A stretch of 64,000 bases of DNA from the NCBI GenBank assembly GCA_001938485.1, contig MQRK01253082.1:1-64000 (forward strand), given 5' to 3'. Under the pieces are notes generated by a model. It made no database searches and had not been told where the DNA came from. It saw nothing but the letters and a program-made list of their open reading frames with translations. Below are positions 26,093 to 39,788 of this stretch, one piece after another. The stretch is from Girardia tigrina (taxonomy: Eukaryota). The translations under genes and the position numbers were made by a program. Each line of letters starts with the position of its first letter. Position 1 is the stretch's first letter.

Positions 26093-27631
26093 TGGAGCGG
26101 AAAATCGAATGATTGACCGAACATTTTGCTAGTTTGAGAAGAAAAATAATGTAAATAAATAATTTTAATAAACTAAAAATAATTAATCGAATAAATTTAA
26201 ATGAAGAAATTAAAGTAAAATAAAAATAGAGTAAATAAATTACTTAATTTAATGAAGGCTTGTGTCTCTTTCTTTCTGATAAAATATTCACGTTTTAAAG
26301 ATTGTTGAGGTAGTGAATATTAAATCCAAGTAAATTAAATTTATTTTGTTACTCAGAGTTTTTTATTTATTTTTTTAATTGTTGAAAGTTTATTCAATTT
26401 AAATCGATTCGGTGAATAGTAATCACCACATATTCGAATCGATTGAGTGTTTAAAAATGTAATGTACATAAATGTAAATGTTTTTTTATCGAATGTGAAT
26501 GTGTGTTTTGATTTGTGAATGTATTTGTATATAAATAATTGTGATTGGTGTGTGTGTGGCGAATGTGTGTATGATTAATGTTTGTAAAAAATTGTCACAA
26601 TAACAAAAAAATGTCAATAACAATTAAAACAATTTGTTGAAAAAATTGAATGTTTCAATTAAAGAAATAAAAAAATTGGAAAAATTTTGATCAAATAAAA
26701 TATATTGTTGGGATTTGAAAGTCTCGTTCGATTTGTAATTCGTTATGTTCATTGAAAAATTTTCAAATTCAAATGAATCGAGTGACTGTAATTCCTTATA
26801 ATAAATTTTGAATATTAGAATTGAAGTTTAATCAAAATCTGTTTTATCTGAAAATATGAGCAAAATCATTTGTGAGGAATATTTGGTGTGTGGATGTTTT
26901 GTGTAGTTTTTGCATGTTTAAATGTTGTGTGTTGATTTGGGATTGTGCCTCTCCTAACCAGATGGATTATCAATATTTAATTTCTAATAATCTAAAACTA
27001 ATTTATTTAAATTTAGATTTAATATTCAAATTTTTATTATTGCAACTTTTAAATAATTTTAATGATTTTATTTTTGTAAATTTTTAAATAATTAAAATCA
27101 ATTTAATGTTTAAAAATGACTATAGAAATATTTTATTTAAGCCAATACTACAAATTTAAATTAAATATTTTTAAATAAAATAATCTTCTCAAGTATAGTT
27201 CAGATTATAATGGGAGATATTGAAAATTGATTGATCTAAGTGAAAGCAATACTATTGATCATCATAAAGATGATAAGAAATGTGAATGTAATAAATGTTC
27301 TGTAAAATGTGTGAGTTCTCTTAACATCATTAATAACGATCGATTCTTTAAACAATACTTTGTCGAATGGTAAGCGTAAAACATTACATTTTGATTATAT
27401 TAATGAAGGAGTTAATTCACCAAATCCACTAAGTACATCTTCAAATAATGGCAAATATCCACCGTCTACACACCGCAATAAACCGTCTATATGCTTAGTG
27501 ACAATGCAATAGGCTCACTCATTAATTAATAGCTTCATAGAAATTAAACAGACGGAACGAATTGGTTTACTTGTTGTTGATGAACCTCATATTAATGGCG
27601 ATGAATTACGTGAGGCACGGTTTCTGCAACA
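26093..27631. mobile_element. TG...CA insertion (solo-LTR-like, about 1.1 kb without its nested LTR)
   Basis: Starts TGGAG and ends CAACA. Flanked by GGTAC and GGCAC where the uninterrupted copy has a single GGTAC. Confidence 0.65.
26871..27326 (+). mobile_element. Solo LTR (TGTGAGGAATATT family)
   Basis: TGTGAGGAATATT...TCTTAACA with exact TSD TCATT at 26866-26870 and 27327-27331. Confidence 0.9.
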
Positions 27632-27949
27632 GGCACTACCACTTTCAATTACTCTGCCGACATGGGCTACAAAGTCAATTAATGCGAGAATGACTCTGTA
27701 TCTACCATGTACAAAACACATGGATATTGACAGGAGAAAGGCTTATATATAAAGCAGTTTTATAGCGAGAGTGAACTGTATGCCTACATTGTTTATTCCA
27801 TACTACAACTTTCATTTGAAAATCCTCCTGATCCCGATGGGCATCCCAAAAGTTCGTGTAAAAAGTCAAAACCCTGTGGTTACATGCGCATGTGATATAA
27901 TTACTTGCTGAATTCTTTGTGTAGTCTTGTAGGTGTCAACCAATTAGAA

Positions 27950-28400
27950 AACAGGATAGACATGATTAATTGACTATAAGTAATAAAATAGTTCGCTGTT
28001 TTGTGAATCACTTATTTTCTTCTATTTCAGAATAAATGAAAGACGCGATGCAGGAACAGCGTGCAATAGTCTAACTTCTGCGGAAAGAAGTCGCATCACC
28101 AGCTAACATTACTTAACATTTAATCCGTGTATTTGGTGATGTAGACATGCGGAAATGTACATCGCCACAAGGGGGTTCAAAGATTCAAGAATGTTCTACA
28201 ATTGTTGGAGGCTGACACCAGGAGGAGGAAATCATCAATGTGTCACTAGTAAGGAGATTATTGTCCTAATCGACATGCTCCAATTTCTGTGCAACGCATC
28301 ATGACCACAGAGCTTAAAATGAAGAAAATTTCTTCGAAACGAGTGTCACGACTTCTTACTGATGTCATGAAGCACAATCACCTGAGAGCTTGCCAACAAC
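27950..28400 (+). pseudogene. 5' fragment of a mariner transposase
   Basis: ELKMKKISSKRVSRLLTD near 28310-28365 resembles the LxMRKvxARWVPRLLT motif. Confidence 0.5.
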
Positions 28401-28543
28401 TACTGCAAATAATAGACAACCTCGGTAAGAGTTGTTGAAAGATGACGAAACATGTTGCCGCTTTAATTTCCTGGAACACAGGTGCAGTCGCTGCAATAGT
28501 GCCACAGTGGGAAAAAGCTCACTGTCAGTGTGAAATTCATGTA

Positions 28544-29840
28544 TTGGGCTGACCAAAAAGTCATTGCGTTTTTTACTAAAATATTTATTATCAAAAAATG
28601 ACATGGATGCACAAATATTTTTACACGATATACTGTCCATTATTTTCAATCACTTTCTTCCACCTTTCCGGTAGCTTCATTATTCCTGATTCATAAAAAC
28701 CTTTGCCTTTGTCAGCAAAAATCCGTCTGCGAACGATTTGATATCATCATCACTGGCGAATGTTTTTCTGTTTAAGGAATTCTGCAGTGATCTAAATCGA
28801 AAAGTGGCAAATAAGTGAAAATCGGATGGGGCCAAGTCTGCAAAATACGGTGGGTGCGGCAAAATCTCCAAACCCAGTGATAATAGATTCTGGCGAGTGG
28901 TCAAACTTGTATGCGGTCTTGCGTTATCATGCTGAATTACGACTCCTTTTCGATTTGCCAATTCAGGACGTTCCTTTTGAATTGAATGAGCCAATTTCTC
29001 CAGCTGAACACAATATCTGTCTGAATTGATGGTTTCATTCCTCGGAAGGAGTTCAAAAAACACAATTCCTGTAAAATTCCACCAGACGGAAAGCATAAAC
29101 TTCTTTTGGTGAATTTCTGCTTTTGGGATCGTTTTGGCAGGCTCACTACGTTTTGTCCATGATCATCAGCGTTCAACATTGTTGTAAACAATCCATTTTT
29201 CCTCATCCGTAATCAAGCGCTTCAAAATGGGATCACTTTGTTCTCGCTTCAAAAAGAAATCGCAAATGTCTATACGTTTCAGCAAATGAATTTCTTTCAG
29301 TTCATGTGGTAACCACATATCGAGTTTACTGACGAATCCAAGTTTCTTTAAATGACTTCCAACACTTGATTTTGATATTTCCAGAGTCTCTGCAACTTCT
29401 CTTGTCGTCATATGTNGATTAGATTTGATCAGTGCTGTTATTTTGTCGCCATCGAATTTAACTGGTCGACAGGATCTTGGTGCATCTTTCAGATGAAATT
29501 TTTCAGAACGAAATTTAGAAAACCAGTATTGACACTGTCGAAGTTTCAAGGAGTCACTACCATATACAAAAAATATCTTCATATGAGCTTGCACAGCGGT
29601 TTTCCATTTACGAAAATAATGCAACAAAACATGACGAATATGCACATTTTGATTTTCCATTTCGAATTGACGGTAAAGTAATAAATTAAAACAAAATCAA
29701 TTAATATTTTNNNNNNNNNNNNNNNNNNNNNNNNNNNNNNNNNNNNNNNNNNNNNNNNNNNNNNNNNNNNNNNNGTTTTATATTTTCAAGTTTTTTATTA
29801 GGACGTACTCAAAAAAGCAATGACTTTTTGGCCAACCCAA
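28544..29840 (-). mobile_element. mariner (DD34D), full length, frameshifted transposase
   Basis: TA|TTGGGCTGACCAAAAAGTCATTGC and GCAATGACTTTTTGGCCAACCCAA|TA. ORFs carry WLPHEL, TDEEKWI, HDNARPH and PYFADLAPSDFHLF. Confidence 0.95.
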
Positions 29841-32150
29841 TACATACTGAGTTATTTAAATGCGTGCACTTCAAAAAAATTGTAAACTCGTAAACCTCAA
29901 ATTAACCATAGACTACTTTTTCTAAGTCGCACTTTAAAAATGATATTTTAAATTCTTGGATCATGGTGATTTTAACATAACTTTTAGGCAAGGTAAATAA
30001 TTTATTTACTCTACATTAGCAATTCCCAACCTTTTTTGAGCGCGGACCGGTAAAATTATATTAATTTCTTTGCAGACCGGTGAACATATATTTAATATAT
30101 TACTTGATGTATATTATATATATATATATATATATTATAGACATAAATTTTATAAATTTTATATAAATTTTAATTAAACATTACAGTGGGACACAAAATA
30201 CAACACAAAACTATCAGATCGATTCAATGTGAAATCTGCTGCTGCTTTTTATTTAAAATCTTCGCAAGTTGCGGCTGCAACGATGTTTCAGATAGGCGCA
30301 GAGCAGCATTTAATTGAAGTCGGTTTAAATATTTTGTTTTGTTGTGTACCACAACATTTAACAACAAATACATTAAAAAACACTTATTTTATTGTAAAAA
30401 ATACATATAGTATCGTGTAAAAAGACTTTTTCTTTCAAGGTAAAAAATTAATTTTTATGTCAAAATTATTTTATGCTTAAAAAAGACAATGCAAAAATGA
30501 TATTTTTTTAATTTTTTAATTAAATAAATTTTGCAAAATGCCGAGTTGGCTTATTTTTAAAAAAAATCAATTTTTAAATAAATCAATTTATAAAATGGTC
30601 ATCGCCAATAACAAATCCAAGGCGCAAAAAGCAATCGCTAATCTCGACAAATCGACCAGTTTCGTCGGGATTCCATCGATCCTTTTCAAAAGCAAAACTC
30701 CAAAAAATCCTCGTTCATCATCGCTACCCCTCACCGAGCATTTCTTCACAAAAGTATCAAGCGACAAGAGTGCCAAATAATCGACAGTCAAAAACGAAAA
30801 TTCCCCGACGAAGAAACCGCATCGAATTTGCACCAAGAAATCCGATTGACGAACGCGTACGCGTATTTATATAATTCTTTAATTTCTTCGTCCGCGTTCC
30901 CTTGCTCGAATAAATCGATCGTGACTCCCCATTGCGTGAGGAAATTGTGACTGCCACCGCCGAAAATTCGCGTGAAGTCATCGGACTTCGTCGATAAAAA
31001 ATCGATATTGGGTGATCATGAAATTTGCTCCGCACCGATAGTGAGTCCTACGAGTGCTCCGACCCGGTGACCATTCAAACCGACTATATTATCGGTTATT
31101 ATTTCCGCCGGGACGGTTCAGGTCGAAACTCCGCATTTTAACGATAACAGTTATAATAGGTTTTAATAGCCGTCTTGCAAGAAAACGTTTTTTCACAAAG
31201 GTATGTTGTTGCAAAAGTAATAAAAAGCTTCAAAGCCTTTTCATTGAGAATCGGATACTCTTAACTTACAGAAATCCATAACTGTGTCAAAGGCATTGAT
31301 TTAATATTTGTTTCTAGAGTGCAATCAGGGAACAATTCAATGAGATTTTCCTTCTCTTTTGGTGTAAGTTTCATGGAGTTAATGTCTGCTTTAAATGGAT
31401 CACAAATCAAAAAGTTCCCAGTGCGAAGATCTTCATCTTCAGGGTAATACTGGTCAAAGTTTTTAACCAATTCATGTAGATGTTGACTTACTACACTGCT
31501 AATAACTGTTCGTTTCAAGTCAGTAGACTGTCATAAGTATTTTCATTTAGAAGGGTAAACATTGGTAATTCTATTTCTGTTAAGAACTGCTTCCACAATA
31601 ACAGTTTATTTTTTAATTCCACATTATGCCAAAGTGTTAAAATATTCGTCATCCTTCCTAGGAGAGACACGTTGAAATTAATGAGAATTGAGAATATATC
31701 AGCCAAGTAAGCAACCTTCGCAATCCATTCCTTATTTTCTAGAAATTGCAAATGAAAGGACTTTGAAACATGTAGAAATTCTTTTATTTCTTTTCTTAAT
31801 TCAAAGAATCTTGAAAGAACCTTGCCCTTGACAATCGCCTCACTTTAGAATGTAATACGAGTTGCCGGTACTCAGAATCCATATTCTCACACAGCATCTG
31901 AAAGAGTCGAGAATTAAAGATCGACTTTGAATTTCATTCACAATCTTCACAATCTTTAAAGATTCTTTTGTACATTCTCCACCAGAAAACCTTTTATAAT
32001 TTTATTTAAATTAATAAATGCATCATGTAACTTGATCCTCAAGAACCAACCTTAACTGCTCTTGTAAATCACTAAATTTAATATATTTTCACTTCATAAC
32101 CCAATTTTTTTACCAAACTGATTTTATATATTAAACACAATAAGATGACC

Positions 32151-34613
32151 CGGTTGTCATTCAAAATGTCCAAATTCAAAATGTCCAATGTCAAAATGTC
32201 CGAACTCAAAATTTCCAAATTCAAAATGTTCAAATTTAAAATGTCCAAATTTAAAATGTCCAAATATCAAAATGTTCAAATTCAAAATGTCCATATTTTA
32301 AATTTAAATGAAAAATGTAAATTTAAAATATTTGAAATGGTTCATTCAATTTATTAAATACTAAAGTAATAAAATAAATAAAATACTACAATAAATAAAA
32401 TACTAAAATTAATAAAATACTTAAATGAATAAAAAACTAAAATACTAAAATAAATAAAATGCTACACTACATAAAATACTACAATAAGTAAAATAATAAA
32501 ATAAATTAAATACTAAAATTAATAAAATACTAAAATAAATAAAATACTAATATACTAAAACACTAAATTATAAAAAAAATAAAGTGAAAAGAATAAAATT
32601 TTATTAATATATTCTTTCAACTAAATCCCAAAAATAGTCCTCAGGCAGCATCCCATTTGTTTCTTTTTCAATAATAAATTCCTTTAATCTATCACTAATT
32701 ACAACGTATTTGCGCGCTCTACGTATTTTTTCTCCTGCACCAATTCTTAGAAACCTGTGATGAATAGCTTCTTCTTCGTCGACTAACTTTTTAACAAAGT
32801 TTCTTGATGTTTTATTAAGAGCTACAAATGTTGCTCTAAAAATATTATGCCATCCTTCAATGGCGTTGTTTGTGCGCAGTGTATTTTCTATAATACTAGA
32901 TCTATTATTCCATAGAGTGATTTCAAAGCGTGGTGGTTGATCGTTAGAGCCGATGTATGTTACAAAAAAATAGTCATACAAAGTGTGAGGAATATTTTTG
33001 AATGGTGTTTATTATGTGTTGTTTGGTATGTTGTTTTAGGATTGTGTTTCTCCCACCCAGATGGAAGATTGATATTCTAAATATTTTAAAATTTGTTTAA
33101 TCAATTATTAAAATTTAAATAATCACTTTAAAATTAAACTAATATTTCATAAATAATATTTTAATAATATTTTCTTAAAATAAATAAAAAATATTTCAAA
33201 ATTAAAGTATAAATTATTTTTGTAATAATTAAATTGTAATTTAAATTTGTTTGAATAATAAAACGTTAAAGAATATTATTAAAGATTATCAATCAAGAAG
33301 GATGACGAGCTACGCAAGTTTTACGGAGAATTGTTCTAGTGGCAATTCAGATTGTGATAATAATAAATGTAAAGAAAATCCAATTAATGTTCTTAATACA
33401 AAGAATTAAGAGAAATAGGAAAATCAATTAATGTTTGTAGCCATATGAAAATTTTTGAAACTTGATTTAGTGGAATAAATGCTACAGCTTTTAAAGCTTT
33501 AACAAATCATTTCATTTGTGGCATATTCGATTCCCAAAGAGTTTTGATCAATTTTTCTGTGAATATTCTTTGCCAAATGAAAAAGGCATTCAGTAAAACG
33601 AGACGCAGGAAATGCATTCTTAAAAGCATTTATACCAGCAAGCTCAAAATCCGTTATAATAATATCTGGGACAAGATCAATTTCCAGATATTTTAATATA
33701 TTGAGGAACTCAAAATAAATTTTATACGATTTTGACGGCAATAATCCGAAAACTATTGGAATTACATGATAGTCAACAATGATTGATATTGTATGCATCT
33801 GTTTCCATCCCTCAGGACAAGTATCAAACGTACCATCGATGCAACACAATCTATAAACCTGTAAATTTTGAATCATTGTATCTGAATAAAAATACATATA
33901 CAACTATTATATTCTAATTCACGTCGTCTATTAGGGCCGCATTGATAAAAATTTGCATCTCGACGAGTAAACATTAATTCTTCCTCGATGTTCAATACAG
34001 GTTCATATATAAGATCCGTATTTTCCTATTTATTAGCTGAACTAATGAAGCCAGTGTTCCTGTTGCGGCAATATTACAGATATTTTCATTTTCTAAGGCA
34101 TCATTAATAATCTCTCTGGGCGAATTTTCCGTATTTATGACAGATGATATAATTTGGGCTATTATTAGTCTACACTAAACCAGATCAGCTTTTGGAGCAT
34201 GATTATGTTCTTTTGATATTTAAACATTAGGTTGTTCTTAAGCACCACCCTTTTTTATCAACTATGTTTTTACTGACCCTTCACAGCTTCTAAACGTGCA
34301 CCTCCATGTTATCAATGACTTCCCTATATGCTTTATAGTGTATTCATGTGCAATATATTGTAGAATTTTTCATCCTTTTTGGTTCTCAGAAAATTCAACA
34401 AGCAAATTTTTAATTTTATTTACATTTTCAATTTTTGTAAAAAATTTTTGAATTTGGACATTTTGATTTTGGACATTTTGATTTTTGGAAATTTTGATTT
34501 TTGGACATTTTGAGTTTAGACATTTTAAATTTGGACATTTTGAAATTTGTCCATTTTGAATTTGGACATTTTGAATTCAAAAAATTTGATTTTGGGCATT
34601 TTGAATTACCACG
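32151..34613 (-). mobile_element. Mutator-like element (MULE) with disrupted transposase
   Basis: Long inverted termini built from 15-bp AAAATGTCCAAATTC repeats. 8-9-bp TSD AGATGACC(C) at 32143 and 34614. IDGTF, IITDFE, CLFH and RTNNAIEGWH motifs, plus an N-terminal WRC...C...HNH finger. Confidence 0.92.
32984..33398 (+). mobile_element. Solo LTR (TGTGAGGAATATT family) inside the MULE transposase
   Basis: TGTGAGGAATATT...TCTTAATA with exact TSD CAAAG at 32979-32983 and 33399-33403. Confidence 0.9.
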
Positions 34614-35040
34614 AGATGACCCTAACAATTGTAAAGCTGAGTTTTTCTAACATAGCTACTGGAGAGACATTACCCCCGATTCGAATGCAAATAGAATCTT
34701 GGAAAGGGGAATCAAAATGGAAATAACATGTTTTTAAAACTTGACTATACTACTCTTGAAATTAAACATTTGAACGAACTTACATTGCCTACTCATCATA
34801 TGTATCTTGTTTTTCGTTCGTATTTTCTCTTTGATATACCTGTGTTAAGTATGCTTCTACATGAAATGAATGTAATATTTATTGTTTCATCATCGATGAA
34901 ACTCATAAATAGAAGAAAGTTCTCCAAATGCGCAACTCATTTCTATGGATGGAACTATGGTAAACATTTTGTAATTTATACATAATTTGATATTTTATAA
35001 CGGTAGTAAGCATTTCTTATATATAAAATAAGTCGATAAA

Positions 35041-35283
35041 CTAGTAAATCAAAAAAATAAAATTTTTATATCCATTCTTAATGCAGACAGAACTCTACTG
35101 TGCATACAAAGTTTTTAAAATTTAAAAATTTTACATTTAAAAAATTTTAATTAAAAAAATCACAATAAAAAATTAATATAAACTACTTATAATTTGTAAG
35201 TAGATCTTTTTCAATTAATATTGTTCAGGAACTCTGAATTTTCCATTTTTTTCCAATTTTTGGACCTTAAAAAATTTTTTCGG
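35041..35283 (+). repeat. Dispersed repeat, copy 2
   Basis: Matches 9364-9599. Confidence 0.75.
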
Positions 35284-35669
35284 TCAAATTTCTACATTAC
35301 ATGATTCCACTTCTCAAAGTAAGCTAACAAAAAGAATGAAAAAAATAAAGTTCCATGATTTTTTTCAATAACAAGTAAGTAATTTTAGAATTACTATAAT
35401 TAACACTCTGTACAATTGCGTGGCTAGATCCTTAGTAATTTTGAGGTAATTCTGTTATTGCGGAATGTGTAGTCAAAGTAGTAAATATTTGGTTTATAGG
35501 TTTTTTTAGATAAATACACATAAAACCTGTGAGAAAAAATTTACCTTTGAATTATGAAGATGTACTTCATTATATCCTCAGAAAATATTCCAGGTAATAA
35601 TGAGACAACAACATAAATGATATCTTGCTCGGAACAATATAATAACAGACTTGTAATCAAACTCTATAA

Positions 35670-36700
35670 GTATAGGGTTATAAAAAAATTTCGTTTTTAT
35701 ATATTTGTATTCCAAAAGGTTAAAAATCGATGTCATATGCATGTCAAGTTTTTTTTAACAAATTCAATCATATAACCTTTAGCAAAACAAGAAAATGTGG
35801 AATGAAGTAGGATAATTATTTATAAATAGGTACCACCACTTTCAATTACTCTGCCAACATGGTGTACAAAGTCAGTAAACCGCTTGTTAAATTCTCCAGG
35901 AGTAAACATTGCAATAAAATCTCGGATCTTTTCACCTACCAAAACTTTCGTTGACAAAGTATACAAGCCTCGGAATGTCTCAAAGTTTCTAAAGTTGTAA
36001 CGATCCATTAAATTCAGATAAGGAGAATAAGGGGCTGTCGTAGTACGTTGATATTCATTTCTTCCAGCCAATTTTGCACTGTCCTGGCGACATGCAGACG
36101 AGCATTACCATGCACGAGTATGGTGCGCGTAATATGAAAATGTGTAAACCTTTCTGCCTTAACGGTTTCTCCATGATTCAAAACCTCTAAGTAGGCGTCA
36201 CCATGAAAATTTGCGGCCATTAGCCATAGAAACTTTTTGTCATGCATCATTCTTCTGGCAGTCGTTGGTCTGTCGCCCCCAAAATCCACTTCTCATCGGT
36301 AACGAACAATTTTTTTCTAATGTTGCGAGACATCGTAACACATCAAATTTCTTTACAACCGAGTTTGTTTGTGACTTTCGCTCAAGTCATATGGAACCCA
36401 TTTGGCTTGGACACTGATCTTTTGAAGTTCTTGAGTGAGAATACGTGAAAGATTTTGGGATATCATTGATCATAGAGAGACAGATGAGGCTCAAGGACTT
36501 GATAGTCTCATTAAGACCACGAATGTCTTCCACATTTTCTTCAGTTGCAGAAGTTCGCGGTCTTCTAGATCCTTCTCGTCACTTAAAGGAATAAAATTTA
36601 ATATCATGAAATTCTTTCACGGTTTACTGCACCCTTCTGATAGTAATTGTCTCACCACGCGTTCTAGTGTGATTTACAAAGAAATAACATGAGTTTTTAG
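35670..36700 (-). mobile_element. Divergent mariner-like (DDxD) transposase relic
   Basis: VTDEKWI, HGNARLH, PYSPYLNLMDRY and VIESGGTYL motifs across frameshifted ORFs. TIRs not resolved. Confidence 0.75.
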
Positions 36701-37967
36701 GACATTGAAGGAGGCATTTGGAGCTGCGTAACCAGATTATAAATATCAAGTCTCTAACTATTTTCTTAAACACGAATAATATTACAACGAAACTCTTGCA
36801 TCAATTTCATACTAATTGCAAGACAATTCCCAGCTCTTTATGAAGTTCGATTTGAGGGGTAGATAATCAACCTTATAGCGGCCATTCTTTATCATCCTTA
36901 CGATTGCAAGGAAGTTTTGAATTTTTATAAGTGGAAGGAAAATCGAAAAGAGATCAACTACATGGGGATATTTTAAGACATAAGCAATGAATTGCTTTCA
37001 GTTTGGTTTAACTGTCTCATGATTGATATATTTAAAATGTTTCATATTTGGAAATGTAGCTATGGTGTGACAAATCATTCGACCCAAAGAAATGAGCAAC
37101 AGGGAATCGGCTCTTCGTAAAAGCAATAGAGCTTAAAGCATTTGTTAAGACACATAAAAATAATCCGATGTTTGTTTCCAGAAGAAATCCAGCGCTTTGC
37201 AGATGATTGTACTTAGCATAGGCCAATAATAATGAATCTTGAAAATTATTTACTCGCTTGAAATTTAAAATTTTTCTTCTTTGCTACAGGGACATACCTT
37301 TAAAAGTAATATTTTCTTCGGTAAAACTCACTTCTCATATCATGCTTCCACAGAAGTTTGTTTCCTTATACAACATAATCGTATTACCTCATCGAAAGAG
37401 TACCTCAACTGAGACAGCCATCACTTATATGATGATCAGAATGAATGAAATGTTGTAAACTTCAATTATGTTCAATATGAAAAATCCATTTTAATTTAAA
37501 ATATTTCTTGACACAAAAAAATAAAGACGAATTGTTCAAAACTGTAAACTTTGTTGCTAGCAGAAAATTTTAAAGTCCAAATAATGCCTCGCATTGAATA
37601 ATATGATATGAAACAACAATTGTACACCTTACAAATAATACAACATAACTCGATAAACCTTATGCTCCAAAATTTATCGAGTTTGACGAATCGAGAGATC
37701 AGAGATAAAAAAATATTTCCATTTCCCCAGTATAATGGCGGACATATATTTATACCTGTCATAACAAATGCTTCAAGTTTCACTACTTGCAATGGAGCCT
37801 ACAGACCTTGGATTATTTTTTTCATTTTATACATCAAGTCACTCTCCAAGATAATTAAAATACTTGTAATAAATTTAATACTTTATAGAGCAAATAAATT
37901 AATAAATAGTAAAACCTTTATTTAATTGGCATTATTCGACACAACTAATTTTCGTACATGTATTTAA

Positions 37968-39788
37968 CGGTTGTCCTGCTATCATGGGTTAAATTTACCT
38001 GAGAGAGACTTTATACTAAAATAATTAGTAAAGTATTTACAATCGCCTAGTGAAATTTCATACATTTGTCAATTATACAAAAATGAGCATCTGATATATT
38101 AATAATGTTACGATTCCTATTATTTTTTTTAAATAGTGGCACTTATATTCCTAATTGGCATGATGGGTAATATTTACCCGACATTAACACTAGAACGACC
38201 AAAGCAGCTCTTTGAGCGGCTCGCATTTCTTAATACTTATATTTTCGTGACAGTCACAGTGCTTTTCAAATTAATTAATCATAAATTTTAAAATACTTTA
38301 TCGGCAAAATATTTCATAATTATGCATTATTTTCAATAATCAATCTTAGTACGAATAAATCAAAAATTCTTCGACCAACATCACAGATGCAAATCGTCTC
38401 TAAATTTTCTAAAAAAAGTTTTTCTGTAATAATCTTTCAAGCTTAATCTGTTTATGTATTTATAAATAAAGCGTATATCTATTCATTTTATGCGCATTTG
38501 ACATCATTTTACGACGTCGCCCCTTATCACACTCCAATACTATTGACAATGATGACGAAGACTATTTTCCACCAATACCACCATCGCTTCAAGAAAGACT
38601 ATCAATGAGAGGTCAGGCATTGGCTGACATAGATGTCGTCAATTTCTCTATATTAACAATAGCAACATCTGGATGAATATGGATTGTTGATGACAATGAG
38701 ATCGAGACAATATCCAGGCGCCAGACGACCAATAGCACGACCATTTTGCACCTTGATGTACTATCTCTGTTTTGACGACCCTCTCAGAAGAGATGCTTGT
38801 GATCCATTAGCTCTTGCATCACGACTTCTGTCTTATGGAACTACCTACCTTTGAACTATTCGCAAAAGTCAAAGAGGATTGACATTGTCATTAAAGATAA
38901 CTACTGGACGTCGTCGTGGAGATACCAGGTTTGTTCACAATTCATCTTTGTTGCTAATATCTAACTGGGACAAAGGAACATCTCCAGTTATGCTAATTGG
39001 TACACCTCATCGTGGTTATGAAGATGAAAAAGATAAACCGAGCTCGGTCATCTTTAACAATGAGACCAAATCAGGCGTCGATATTTTAGACAAGAAGGTC
39101 CGTTCATTCTCGTGTAAAAGAAAATGTCGACGATGGCCAGTCGCGGTAGTTTGCAATCTCCTGGATATTTCATGCAAAGCACAACAAAACTCTGGATCGC
39201 CTTTGAAGAAAACATTTCAATATGAATTTTAAAGAGCGTTGGCTACGAACTTGTGGATACACATATGCGTCGTAGACAGAGAAATAAGAAGATGCGCACA
39301 AGCGTAGTTCGCGCTATGAATTTGTTTGGTTATTTCCAAAATAAATGTGAAGAATGTATTATTGTACATTTAGTGAAACCAAAGCACTGAGAATTATGTT
39401 CTTCTTCTTTGAATAAAAAAACAAAACATTTTTGCAAGAAGTTTTCGAGAACTATGTGTGGAGAGTATCTATCATTTAATTGTTCTGATTGTTCTTTATT
39501 ATCATGAAATGTGTTTTCATTTCATTTCATTTTCCTGTTTCAGCTCCTATTCTCCAATATACAAATCTTCAGAATTTATTTTCTTATGGGTAGCCTAAAG
39601 TCATGCTTATGGGAAGCCTCTCACATAGGGACACCCATCGGTACTTGCTCCTGTTTCTTCATTTGCCGGTAAGCAACATATTACACTTGCAGCTCACTTT
39701 CGAGTATAATTGTCGACACATTTCATTCGGGTAAAATTTACCAGTGATAGTAGGAATAGGTATATGTAATATGAGGGCAAGACCACCG
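37968..39788 (+). mobile_element. Deleted piggyBac element
   Basis: TTAA|CGGTTGTCCTGC ... GCAAGACCACCG|TTAA. Subterminal GGGTAAAATTTACC. ORF 38879..39232 reads NETKSGVDILDK...RKCRRWP. Confidence 0.85.

Larger units (their letters stand above)
26013..27680 (-). mobile_element. Fragments of the mariner-like family at 35.7-36.7 kb, split by later insertions
   Basis: 26017-26092 matches 35757-35834 and 27637-27680 matches 35835-35878, so the two pieces are contiguous in the other copy. Confidence 0.75.
30017..35000 (-). mobile_element. Decayed hAT (Charlie/SPIN/ZBED5-like) element split by a MULE and another insert
   Basis: Terminus TAGCAATTCCCAACCTTTTT...GGACCGG at 30017. Transposase remnants HSKVR, WIAKVAYLADIF and F..YYPE...DPF...ENLIE at 31270-31980. 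N-terminal remnants at 34620-35000. Right end not found. Confidence 0.75.

Noticed and set aside
28503-28530. Transib/RSS-like CACAGTG termini (also 62028)
   Set aside because: No inverted partner, TSD or transposase found. A heptamer alone can occur by chance.
32078-32357. ORFs with KMSKF / LDILN pentapeptide repeats (also 34428..34628)
   Set aside because: These are translations of the 15-bp MULE terminal repeats.
36740-37260. Possible Penelope GIY-YIG relic
   Set aside because: Only a PVAHFF-like remnant, too weak to call.
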